Source of the DNA: Lingula anatina
Taxonomy: Eukaryota; Animalia; Brachiopoda
DNA: 64,000 nucleotides
Assembly: GCA_051362555.1 (NCBI GenBank)
Contig: CM120640.1
Coordinates: 53,918,788 to 53,982,787 of the forward strand
Direction: 5' to 3'
Below, piece by piece: positions 25,779 to 37,127 of the stretch. The notes below the pieces were generated by a model. That model made no database searches. It was given only the letters and a program-made list of their open reading frames with translations, and had not been told where the DNA came from. Both the position numbers and the translations under genes were made by a program. Position 1 is the first letter of the stretch; each line of letters begins with the position of its first letter.

Positions 25779-27350
25779 CTTACTTCGTTCATTTATGCAT
25801 AGACAGTAGACATTTACTCATTTTCAAATATTTCACATAAGATATTCAATTTCGCTGATGCCGTACATACAGTACATGTATGTTGATCTATATTATTTTT
25901 TGCATGTTTCCATAATAAAACTGCTGAAACTGAACTGGAAACAAATATTGTAAGAAAGCAAGCACGAGTAGGGAATTGCATTTTGCCTTCTGAACCGTTT
26001 TCGCTTTAAACTCGAACTGACAACTTTTTTAATCACTCCCAAGGACAAGAAAAATTAGTGCTATGAAGTATTTTTTCTTAATTCATTGAATTGTCATATA
26101 TATACATATATATTTTCTTTCAGGGGTGCTCAGCCACCTGTACCCCAGTCGCTAAGAAGTCTGTTCAGTTTGCCCGTAAGTATTCTCTATGGACACAGAC
26201 ATACGCGATCGCACTTGCATTAACTAAAATTATTATTTATATAGGCCTACATGTAGAAGAGTGAGTTACCTTTATTTCTTTATTATAGGCCTAATGGAGT
26301 TTAACTGGGCCGAAGTTATCATGATTTTATTTAAAAAACATATATCTTCCTTTATTCATTCATTTTTGTCATGTTACAGTAATTTGTAAAAAAAAAAAAA
26401 TGGCTTTGATGCTGATGTGTGTCATGAACTTTGCTGAATTTATATCAAAATTATTTTCACCTTAGATAGACTTGTGTAGCCATCGTAAAGGATAATGATC
26501 TTAAGTAACCTTTTCAACTCATAGGGTGTATTCCCAGAGATTTAGATCGATCCAGAGATTTAGATTTAGATTGACCTAACTCCCTGGGGTTTCACGCTAA
26601 ATTGCAGTCAGCCGAGCGCGCACCATAGTTAATAACCCCCTTACAGCTTTTAGTAGGCGGGACAGACGCTTAAGCCCGCTAAGCTGACAGCAATCTAGTG
26701 AGACTCCCCACAGGGATAGATCGATCTAAAATCTATGGGAATGGGGTCATAGGATATAAATTTTGTTTTGATTTAAATTGACGTGATTTTCTTTCAATTT
26801 TGCACTATTTCTGTCTAAAACGCGTAGTTATCACAGAATTTCTTGGTATATTAAATTATAAGAAACCAGATAAGTAAAATCTCATATTTTCCTTCAATAT
26901 TAGACGGCTAAAGTCCAGCTGGTGGATCGCAGTCAGACGGGCCTTCCGCCTGTTCACGAGGCAACCACCTGGAGCATGCGTAGAGCAGAAAACAGACCAA
27001 CTTATGCGTACAGAGACAACACTCAGCCAATGACAAACATGACCATGATGGGAAGACCAGAAGAGCAAGCAGAAATTGCCCGTATTAAGTCCGATTATGG
27101 CCAGCCGTGGCCAAATACGAAATTATGGGAGACGTGGAAGCAGAGGGAGCAGTGTAAACCAGAAGTGGTTTACTCACACCAGTTGACTACGGACTACCAT
27201 TACCCGTACGCACGCGCTCCTCACGTCCACTCGTCCTATATACCTGGCTATGTTTTTCCAAGTGACAGGTTCACCAATAGGGGGAGTTCCTGGAAAACAC
27301 AGTTCAAAAGATCCAGTTGGTTAGAGAGTGGGAGTTTGTACGGGAAATAG
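25307..27350 (+). CDS. Uncharacterised ~196 aa Tyr/Trp/Pro-rich protein, 3 exons (possible ciliary microtubule inner protein)
   Basis: join(25307..25398,26124..26175,26904..27350). Strong start context aagATGG, canonical splice sites, and phases join into the 26922..27350 ORF: MAMAPDATSYIKSEYTSNYTWEPTRHGPYAWGAQPP...SLYGK. Function is inference only. Confidence 0.75.
25702..25774. repeat. (TA)n microsatellite
   Basis: Read directly. Confidence 0.95.
26523..26748. mobile_element. ~230 bp MITE (possibly PIF/Harbinger)
   Basis: Imperfect TIRs attcccagagatttagatcgatc / gatcgatctaaaatctatgggaat. A second diverged copy lies at ~60283-60531. Confidence 0.6.
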
Positions 27351-28637
27351 TTTAAAGGACTCGGACTAGGTCGATTTTAGTATATAAGACGAAACAGAAT
27401 TTCTTTAAAAGATTAATTCATTTCTTTAGAGACTATTTCATCTAAGCAAAAACCTGTTATCAAGGTCAAAACGCTTATTTATAAGAACGTTTCGTTTGCT
27501 TTCATCTTCTTATTTAAAAATACATAGTTCTAAATTATTTTTTAAATACTTTTTGAACAAGGGCGTGTGTCCCTTCGCTTTGTTAGAAAGTTATATTTTC
27601 TGCCAAATTTACCTATTGTTTGTTTTGAATTAAGTGTTCATTTATTTGCAGTTCTCGTCTTTTTTTCTTCCTAACAAATTTTATAGCTATCTCCGTTGTT
27701 CACCATTTAGCGAAGGGTTGGCTGGTGTCTTCGAGTTTATGGTGGTTAACAATCAGATCTGTGGAATTTGTTAAAGGTTGAAGGATGAACATGCAGTGTG
27801 GGAAACGTCCCCTTAACTAAAATTATTATTTATATATTTGTTTGAGTTACCTTGATTTTATTTATTATAATTTAGTGGAACTGCGTCGAAGTTATCATGA
27901 CTGCTTATATTTTATTTCAAAACTTATTGTTTACTTTATTCATTCATTTTTTGTTATGTTTAAGAAAATTGTAAAAAATGGCTTTGATGTCGATATGTGT
28001 CATGAACTTTGCTCAATTTATATTAAAAGTCATTTCATTTTAAATAGACTCGTGTAGACATCGTAAAGGATAATGACCTATAGTGTTTATGGTCATCTGC
28101 GTTTAATTAATTTTTAATGATCTCCTTAATTTGTAATTTCTTCTTTTTCTTTTACACAGAAAATTTTTGTGGTGATTTTAAACTTCTATTTAAATTTTAA
28201 AATGAAAGTCCGCTTACTTTGAAATTAATCAAGCCTCCTGGTATGTAGCCTACTGGTATGAGCTTGCTTGAATGGATGTTTGCTGTTTGTTATATGAATA
28301 AACAAGTGTTTATTTAAAAGAAAGTAGTTGAAACTTGTCCGTCCTTGTTCTTCATTTCTGACATTATTCTTCTACTATTATATGCCTTTGTCCGAGTGAC
28401 TTAACTCGCAGCATGTTTTGTCTAAGGGGGAACGAGAGAATACATAAGTTTTATACAGAATTGCGTTCTTTCTTGATATATAGGTCCAGTTTGTAAATTA
28501 AATGATACAAAATTACCCCATCTTTACTTTAAATTATGTGTACCATCATCATCATTATACATATATATATTTTAAGAATAGGAATGAAAACTGGGGAGCT
28601 TCAGCTAACCATTCAAAGACATATTGTTTATCACATT

Positions 28638-28863
28638 TTAGAGAGCTGGGTTTCCTAGAAAGACCACGTAATATTTTAACCATCTCCCACCAAGTTCAAC
28701 GTTCCCTCTCAGTTGTTCTTTCCACATTTCGGCTGAGTAAGTAAATACATGTCTTTCGAAAAAGGTTTGGATTGGCGCAACAAGGAGATCGTCCCCAACG
28801 AGAAATTCCAAGTCAAGAGTTTGTGCAAACTCGTCCTTCAGAAAATTCCAACACCACGGTCGA
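28638..28863 (-). pseudogene. Degenerate GH31/MYORG C-terminal fragment directly downstream of the MYORG-1 stop
   Basis: Translates without stops to RPWCWNFLKDEFAQTLDLEFLVGDDLLVAPIQ...WKEQLRGNVELGGRWLKYY, aligning with RPLWWINATDDISLTIDSEFLLGDDLLVAPVL...WRDERTG of the adjacent genes. Confidence 0.8.
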
Positions 28864-28878
28864 TTTTTCATAACACTT

Positions 28879-31129
28879 TTACATACTAATTTTTGTAAAA
28901 TAAGGTAATTCGCCGAGGTCTGCTGTGTAGTTAAAGTGCCAACCGCAAGTAAGGATTCCTCCCGTTCGCTCATCTCTCCATTTATATGGGGGTACTAAAT
29001 ACACATCACGAACCCTAGCCCCCTTCTCCAGAACTGGAGCCACTAATAGATCATCGCCAAGTAAAAATTCAGAATCAATTGTTAGAGATATATCGTCCGT
29101 TGCATTTATCCACCAGAGTGGTCGGATTATCGGTGCACCAGTTTTAAGGTAATCTTTGCCTAGGGTCACTAATTTGTCAGCATACTGCTCTCGAATTGCC
29201 ATCATCCTGCGAGTGATATTTATAACATCGTCGTCGTACAACCACGGAGGTATAGAAAACTGTATAGAAGGTAGAAAGACGTTTACCTGCAGCCAGCGAA
29301 CAAACAATTCCCGACTCGGATAGGCAAGTCCAGTCAAGCTACCATTATAAGCATTGCCTCCAATCATGTCAGGAAGGACAAAGGGATAACCCAACAGTCC
29401 AAATGTCAGGGCATCGGGGATAACTGTTCTCAGTCCATTGTCATAACCCCATGTTGAATCTTTGTCCATCATACGTACGAAAATGGGTAAGTGTTGGGTT
29501 CTCGTTCCAACACGTACTTCTTGGTGCCGAACTGTTGTGTCGGATTTGTACGCTATCTCAGCCCAAAGCTTAGTATAGGAATCTGGATTTGAATACAAAA
29601 CATGCGTAAGATAATGTTTCGGTAGCCAATTCACTTCCCCTCCATCAAATTTGAAAGAACTTACTCCGTAAGTTGTTTGTAAGTTTTTCATTTTATTTAA
29701 AAACCATGCAGTTGCGTTGTGATTGGTAACGTCCAGCAACGCTGCAATCTTATTCCACCATGTAATCAACATTGGTAAGGGGTATTGAGGGATGGATCTG
29801 GTCCGATGATGTAAGAAAAAATTCTGATATAATCCCTGTTGAAAGCTTGTAGAGTCAATATTCATGAAAGGATGCACCCAAACCGTAACTCTAAATCCTT
29901 GTGTTCTCAACTTCTGAAACATTGCGGTCGTATTTGGAAACTTGTCTTTGTTAAATGTGTAATCCCCGTATTTAGGGGTCCAATCGTCATCAATTTCTAT
30001 TTGCGAATGGGTAAAATTATTGTCCAGAATTTGTTTCGCATAATCAAGGACCATGGACTGGTTAATAGCTTGTTTGTATAAGGCCCAGGTTGACCAAATT
30101 GGAGCCACAAAGAGTTTTTCATCTGGTATCTCTCTGGGTTTCTCAAAAAAACGATTCGACATGTATTCGTGAGTAGTTTTAAGATTATTGCTCCTGCATA
30201 TAGTATATTCTAAGGTTGGAAGCGTGTTCTTAACGTTGATATATGGCAGGTCCCATCTACTTTCAAGGCATATGTTTTGATCTGAACTGCTGTTGATGCT
30301 GACATACAAGGGCACGCTGGCGTTCACAAAAATACCAACCCCAGCAGATGAGAGCCAGTATCTTTCTATCACCCCGCCATATTGTCCAGCGTAAGAATCT
30401 CCGGCAACGTATGGTGCCATATCCATAGACCAAGAATCTATTGGCCAATATTGATAATACACCTGTGCGCCTCCATACCAATGGGACCCCTGCATTTCAT
30501 AACAGTCTCTTAGGGATGACACATTACAACTTAGAGACTCCCACGACACCGTGAAGCATGTTACGCCCTCTTCTACTTGTGAGGAATTTATCCGCAATCT
30601 GGCATCTTTCCAGTCAAGGCAAACTCCTTCGGAATTACATACGCTAAAATCATTTTCCATTGAAAAATTAACTCCAAGATTACCTCGTAGGACTTCTTTC
30701 GATTTGGCATCCCCAGTCGCTTGCAAAGAGAACTGTCCATTTTTTCGTGGAGAAAAGGACGCCAATGGTAATTTAAAGGTATTGATGGGTTGTTCTGATT
30801 GAGTCGGTCGCGTAAAATACCACGAAATAATGCCGACTGCCACTGTCAAAATGACAATGATGCTTACAGCAACCAAACCCTTACATCTTCCGTTATTGCC
30901 CATGGTTTTCTGAAAAAGCAAGAAAAAACGAACTGTTTATCGACATTTTGACCGCGGTGCTCTACTTGAAAGAGCTGTACCACTGTAGTACAAAAGCTGT
31001 AGAAAAATACGTTGAAAAAAGGATGTTTTGGAAGGAGTAAAGACTAAATCGAAAATGAGCTTAAACTGTTAATTTCAGATATGTCAAATTCAACAATAAA
31101 AAGCTTTTTACCTTAAAAGTTGTATCCAT
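28879..31129 (-). CDS. MYORG: GH31 family myogenesis-regulating glycosidase-like protein, copy 1
   Basis: complement(join(28879..30909,31112..31129)); a short first exon MDTTFK splices in frame to the 680 aa ORF. N-terminal type II TM anchor, PIWSTWA, QIEIDDDW, GFRVTVWVHPF, nucleophile motif KFDGGE, MDKDSTWG, LPDMIGGNAY. Confidence 0.92.
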
Positions 31130-31358
31130 GTTTCCTTTCTTGTGTTGCTATTGCCTTTTTCAGGTCACCTGTGGTGCACAGGGCTGATAAAACGACGTGT
31201 AGTGTATAACATACATCTTAACAAATAACGTGGTCTTATCAATTCAAGGACTGGTTAATCGAATAATTAGGGCAACGCGGGCGGCACTCGTTTCCTTTGT
31301 TTGCTCTTGTGTCGACAACTGTTATCGGTTATGCGATTTTTCTTCACGCGAGGTCTTA

Positions 31359-31881
31359 GGCCGCATTCACATCGAGAACAGCCGAGGCTCAACAAAGCCG
31401 AGACCTAAATATGGCGGACGTACATGAAAGGAAAACCGCCTAATCTTTTAATAGTCTCTCCGCCTCTCACACGCCTCCCCAAAAATTAAGTGCGCATGCT
31501 CATTGGTCTTGGGTCAGCTTACATCATCTCCGTAGATAGCCGATTCATTGATGCTCAACAGGCCAATTCATTCCTTTTTCGAAAGATTTTGAAAGATAAC
31601 AGAACAGAAGAGCTTTTTTCCTTCGATCGCATCCAGCCGCCATGCTTTCTTCACCTCGAGTTTAATTGATGAGCATGCGCACTTAATATTTCTCAGGTGG
31701 CTTCCGGGCGAATAAAGCCGAGATTTAATGACTGTACCCAAGCAGGGACGACGCGTGGGGAGGCGTGTGAGAGGGGAGAGACTATAAAAAGATTAGGCGG
31801 TTTTCCTTTCATGTACGTCCGCCATATTTAGGTCTCGGCCGGCTTTGTTGAGCCTCGGCTCTTCTCGATGTGAATGCAGCC
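31359..31881. mobile_element. PIF/Harbinger-type MITE
   Basis: ~125 bp near-perfect TIRs (ggccgcattcacatcgagaa... / ...ttctcgatgtgaatgcagcc) flanked by 3 bp TSD TTA on both sides; lies just upstream of MYORG-1. Confidence 0.9.
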
Positions 31882-32694
31882 TTAGATTCTAAAATCTACA
31901 AGGGTACAAGGGTAATCCCCAAAAAACATTTAAAAAACCGAAATTACATAATGCATTAAGTGCCATTTCACGAGAGAATCAACCAAATCAGCCAAAATGT
32001 GGCAAGGTGGGGGTCAACAGATTTAACCCAAATTTTCTGTGTTTGATAACTGTTACAAAAGATGTTGAAAACACACTTCAAAAAAATTCTGAAAATTCTG
32101 GAAAAAATAGATATTGCCATCTGAAATTTGGGGGTCCTGACTACACAAAATATCGTAACAAAAGTAGTGGAAGTTTGCTTGAGAATTCCATGAAGGATTT
32201 AACATTTCAGCTTTAACTATTCCCTTTTTCTAAGGGTCCATGCCAAGACCTTTCGGGTGATGTGTGACTAAAATGTCAATCACGTTGCTATAGTAACGAA
32301 TTTGGCCCGTGAAAAGAGGGTAGAAAATCAAGGTCAAAAATCAGCACTCGCCGATTGGCAAATTTAGCCTAACACGGCGTCGAATATGAATGAAATAAGG
32401 CAATTTTTTAACAGTTAAGGTCTTGAGCTTTGTAATTACGCAATAAAAAATACTGCACCTCGTCAGGATACGTTGGGGTGGACGTCTAGAATGAGGGGTA
32501 TGAGCGGTGAGTTATACAGTGATTCCGGTCCATAGTGCCGTTCAAATGCGTCTCATTTTTATAAATCGTACTTTTTGTTTATATTAATATAATAGAAAAT
32601 ATTCTTAAAGTTTTATTAAGGTTATTGTAACGATTAGAGGATAAAGAAAATATTTCGAAACTATCGTTTACGACTCTGCGTCATTGACCCCAAA

Positions 32695-34339
32695 ATGTAC
32701 ACAGGCGGACTTAGATGTGAGATAGCGAATATTCCTGGTGCAGAAAATATACCGTGCGGACTCAGTATTCCATACAAATGCCACAAGAGCTGTGTTTTGC
32801 TTAGGGAGTGTACCAGAGACGTTAAAAACCACTTAAAAACCTGAAAGTGCTTCATGTCCAGAAACAAGCTACAGATAAAAAGGAGCTTATATTCTTCAAA
32901 GTTATTTCGACTTTGACCCCGAGAGTGAACTACTCAACTAAACTATATGTCCAGCACACAGGTTTCGTTTAGGGACGAACTGGACTACGTCCAAAAAGTG
33001 CCGGCACCCACTTCTCAAAGAGAAAGGGAAACCCTCTTCTTACCAAGCAATTGGCGTCGAGATTTCCAAGGAGCTGAAACTAGATTTTGGTGTGTTGGTC
33101 CCAGTAGGGTCATGTAAGTATAATGGCTATATCAGCTAATTGTAGTTTACCAACAATGGAAAAAGCATAACAAATTTTAAAACTCACCCAGTTTATATCT
33201 ACACTATACAATGATAGGATATCTTGTAGCATATTTTTTATACGAAATTATTGAGAAATAGAACATTTATATTAGAGTAACTCACTTGCATGTATTCAAT
33301 GATTGTTTGTGCACATATATTATGAAACAATTTTTATTAATATTGTAGAAATTTAAGTAGTGTATTTGGCTGATACTTAGTTGAAAGGTGATACCATTCT
33401 TTTTTTCAGCTCTTTGTAAAAGGTGTAAAGAGAAAGAGACTGCTCGTCAAGGGGGCGTCTCGATAGTCTGAAGGTTCATTGGTCCGAAGGAATCAAGGGT
33501 TCATTGGTCCGAAGGTTCTATAGTGACTATTGAACATTCGGACTATTGCTACGGCCCCCTTGTCACCATGAGAAGTATACAGCAACTAAAGATACAACTG
33601 TGGCTTCTATGTCTAAACTTTCTTCAGCCCAGGAAGAAACTGAAGTAAGTTATAATATTATTTCCATGCACAGTTTTAGCAATACTGTAATTATTAAGGT
33701 GCACACTACTGATATAAATATATAGCAGTTCCTCCACTGTTCTCATATTGAAGTACAGATTTTGTAAATCACTCAGTTAGTTTTTACATTGTTAAAGTAC
33801 AGAGTTTATTTGTAAATCAGGACTTTGAGGCTAGTGACCATTAGATGGTTTATTGAAGATTTGATGTGAAAAGCTTCTTTTGTTGAGGTACACTAATACT
33901 TTTTTCACCTCTCCGATTATTAAGGTTACAATAACTGAAGAACCTCTTTTTTCAGCATGCAAGGTTAGACATGCCAGTGTCAGGCAGCAGCAGCAATGGC
34001 AGCTCACAAAGTAGTGGGAGGACAGACCTTGAAGCTTCTTGGGTCTCTACACCTGTAAAGAACCAGGACCTGGGGAATTTGAATAAATTTCTTGTTCGTG
34101 GTGGGTTTGAACCAGCCATAGGTCAACTTAAATCTAGCTATGACACTGCTGCCCCAAGAACGAGAAGGTATTACAAACAGAAAGCAAGAGAAGGCATCAA
34201 CTTGGTTCTGAACTGTTTGTCACTTGGTCAGGAAGAAGCTGTCTGGAGATATATTCAGAAAGCGGATGAGGAAACCAGTACCATCAACGCACTGATAGCC
34301 TGTTATGAAAGTGCAGATTCAAGAAAACTAAACGCATAA
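32695..34339 (+). pseudogene. Truncated, frameshifted transposon gene (Cys/His-rich N-terminus, putative transposase 5' part)
   Basis: Fragments MYTGGLRCEIANIPGAENIPCGLS..., ICPAHRFRLGTNWTTSKKCRHP...LVPVGS spliced to LCKRCKE, and ORF 33971..34339 (LNKFL...RTRRYYKQKARE...ALIACYESADS). Frameshifts and a small insertion at ~33450-33560; no catalytic domain visible. Confidence 0.6.
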
Positions 34340-35438
34340 GTCTGCCGCTGTATATGTATTTGTGCAAGACGTTTTTAGTCTAATGAAAGGCTCTACAGTG
34401 CATTTTTTATTGGTGCTTTATTTTTCTTAATTTTCAAAATTACAATAAAATATATATTATTATCTTTAAGCAATCTGATTTTCTTTGAATGAGAAATGGA
34501 AATGAATAAAAACAGATATCATCCACCTGAAATGAGTGCTTCAATAATAATTTTCAAAAATGAAAAGGTACATAAAAAGTACGACCTTGCTCCAAAGATA
34601 AAAATATAATATGGATACACTGTGGAGCATTACATATATTTTAAAGGGGATGCTGATATTACATGCTTATATTACATTCTGCATCAGCCATATGGCTTGT
34701 TCCCAATGAAAATATTATCCCACATAGATCAATCCAACTCCCCAGATAAAAAGATTTCAAAAACACGAAAAATAACCAATGATTTGCTGAACACTCAGTC
34801 ATGCATCCTTGTTGAACAGTTTCTTCTTTGTTTTTTATTCATCATTTCTTATGAGACTTCAAGGGGAGCAATTTTTGTTCACACTTGTCCTTGCCTGCTT
34901 GTGCTGAATAAAGAAGCCTGTCTGTTCAGATAAAGCTGGTATCACTATGGACAAAATGTAGGAGCACAGCGGTAGCACCCAACAACATCTAAACTAATAT
35001 TTCTCCAAAGCTGTCCATGTTTGTTTTCAGCTGGCAGACAGATTTATCTAGCAGAAATATAACTGCAACCCAGTTCTAACTGGCTTTCTCCACTCAGTTG
35101 ATCTGAAAAACAAAATGAAAATATAGTTTTACAAATATAGCCTTGCTTATAATTTTCTGGAAACTATGAAATATACCCAGATGAAAGGCTTTCTATAAGC
35201 AAGGTCCTATCTACTGTATCAATGATAAAAGCCACCTTTCAAGCTAATTATTACAACAATCATCAATGATATTGAAACAAACATTGATTGTAATACTTAA
35301 CAACAATATTGAATATTTTTCAAAGAGAAACGTATATAATCATATAAAAAGCCAAATGCAGTTTTTTTTTCAATAAAACTAATAAGCCATATAAAGGATG
35401 ATGCTAAGGCAAAGGCAGGGCACAGAATCTTATTTACC

Positions 35439-35825
35439 TCGTACACCAGGCCTAGTGACTGGGGCGAACAAACCTTGTAAATCTAGACACCAGTCGCTTG
35501 GTTAGCAAAGGATTTTCCTTTCTTTGTGTGAAGTGGGTGTTGGCACTCTCTGGATTGAGTCTATTCCGTCCATAGTCGAAATATACCGTTAAGCTCAGTA
35601 GCTCACACTCGCGTCTGAAGAATGGGCTCCCTATCATTGTGTCCTGGTTTGACCCTGGACACAAAGCACATTCAGACTTTGTAAATGATTCTCAACATGT
35701 CTGGTTCACTCCCCAAGCAAGATACAACTCGTATGATATGTGTAGACATGTTTAAGTCCGCATGCTATCTTTTCTGCATCAAAAATATTGACTTCTCACA
35801 CTCGACGTCCACATCTTTCCGCCAT
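35439..35825 (-). pseudogene. Decayed inverted homolog of the left-arm transposon gene head
   Basis: MAERCGRRV*EVNIFDAEKIACGLKHVYTYHTSCILLGE*TRHVENHLQSL...ECQHPLHTKKGKS aligns with CEIANIPGAENIPCGLSIPYKCHKSCVLLRECTRDVKNHLKT...KCRHPLLKEKGKP; multiple stops. Confidence 0.65.
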
Positions 35826-37127
35826 GTTGATTGTGAAGACGCACGCAGAGTTATGGACGTAAACGATAGTTTCGAAATATTTTCTTTATCCTCTAATCGT
35901 TACAATAACCTTAATAAAACTTTAAGAATATTTTCTATTATATTAATATAAACAAAAAGTACGATTTATAAAAATGAGACGCATTTGAACGGCACTGTGG
36001 ACCGGAATCACTGTATAACTCACCGCTCATACCCCTCATTCTAGACGTCCACCCCAACGTATCCTGACGAGGTGCAGTATTTTTTATTGCGTAATTACAA
36101 AGCTCAAGACCTTAACTGTTCAAAAATTGCCTTATTTTATTCATATTCGACGCCGTGTTAGGCTAAATTTGCCAATCGGCGAGTGCTGATTTTTGACCTT
36201 GATTTTCTACCCTCTTTTCACGGGCCAAATTCGTTACTATAGCAACGTGATTGACATTTTAGTCACACATCACCCGAAAGGTCTTGGCATGGACCCTTAG
36301 AAAAAGGGAATAGTTAAAGCTGAAATGTTAAATCCTTCATGGAATTCTCAAGCAAACTTCCACTACTTTTGTTACGATATTTTGTGTAGTCAGGACCCCC
36401 AAATTTCAGATGGCAATATCTATTTTTTCCAGAATTTTCAGAATTTTTTTAAAGTGTGTTTTCAACATCTTTTGTAACAGTTATCAAACACAGAAAATTT
36501 GGGTTGAATCTGTTGACCCCCACCTTGCCGCTATTTGGTTGATTCTCTCGTGAAATGGCACTTAAGAACCTAACACAGCTTCAGAAGATTTTCAATAACA
36601 TCATTTTAATTCTTTAAGTAGGAGAAAGAATTACACCTTGGTAGAAAGATTGTTAAGGTTTTGATAACGAGAAAACAAAACAAATACAACTTATTTATCT
36701 GTATATAACATTTTAACATCACAAATGTCACATTCGAAAAAACTTCAGATGATTTCAAATAAAAACTTTCAGACATTCATTCTGAAAAGTACAATAAAAT
36801 GCCACTTAAACGACTAAATAAGCAATATATATGTATAAGCGACTGTCACAACTTTTTCAATAGGTACCTATTTAACTGTGATGTAAAACTTTATCTAATT
36901 TCTCATTTCATATTTGATATAACTTAGGCTACATCTGTTGCAATTTTAAACAATACATTTTTCACAACTATTCACCTTTGGATCTTAGAAAAGAGCACTG
37001 AAGTGAGCATTATGCTTTAACTGTGTAAACAGCAATTTTATACTGAAAATAATCATTCATATCATATTTGAACATTTTAAAGAGACTGAACTCTTACATT
37101 TTACAGTTAGATTTTTTTATAACTCGT

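Larger units (their letters stand above)
31960..36561. mobile_element. 4.6 kb non-autonomous DNA transposon with ~700 bp TIRs and TTAA TSD (Sola3-like)
   Basis: TTAA at 31956-31959 and 36562-36565. TIRs 31960-32672 and 35858-36561 are nearly identical (gtgccatttcacgagagaatc...). Internal decayed spliced ORFs. Long TIRs plus TTAA fit Sola3, but the termini are GTG/CAC rather than the usual GAG/CTC, so the superfamily is tentative. Confidence 0.85.

Noticed and set aside
29839-30802. Short ORFs antisense or out of frame to MYORG-1 (likewise those overlapping MYORG-2, FEM1, the kinase and RPS6)
   Set aside because: Shadow ORFs of real coding sequence with no independent motifs.
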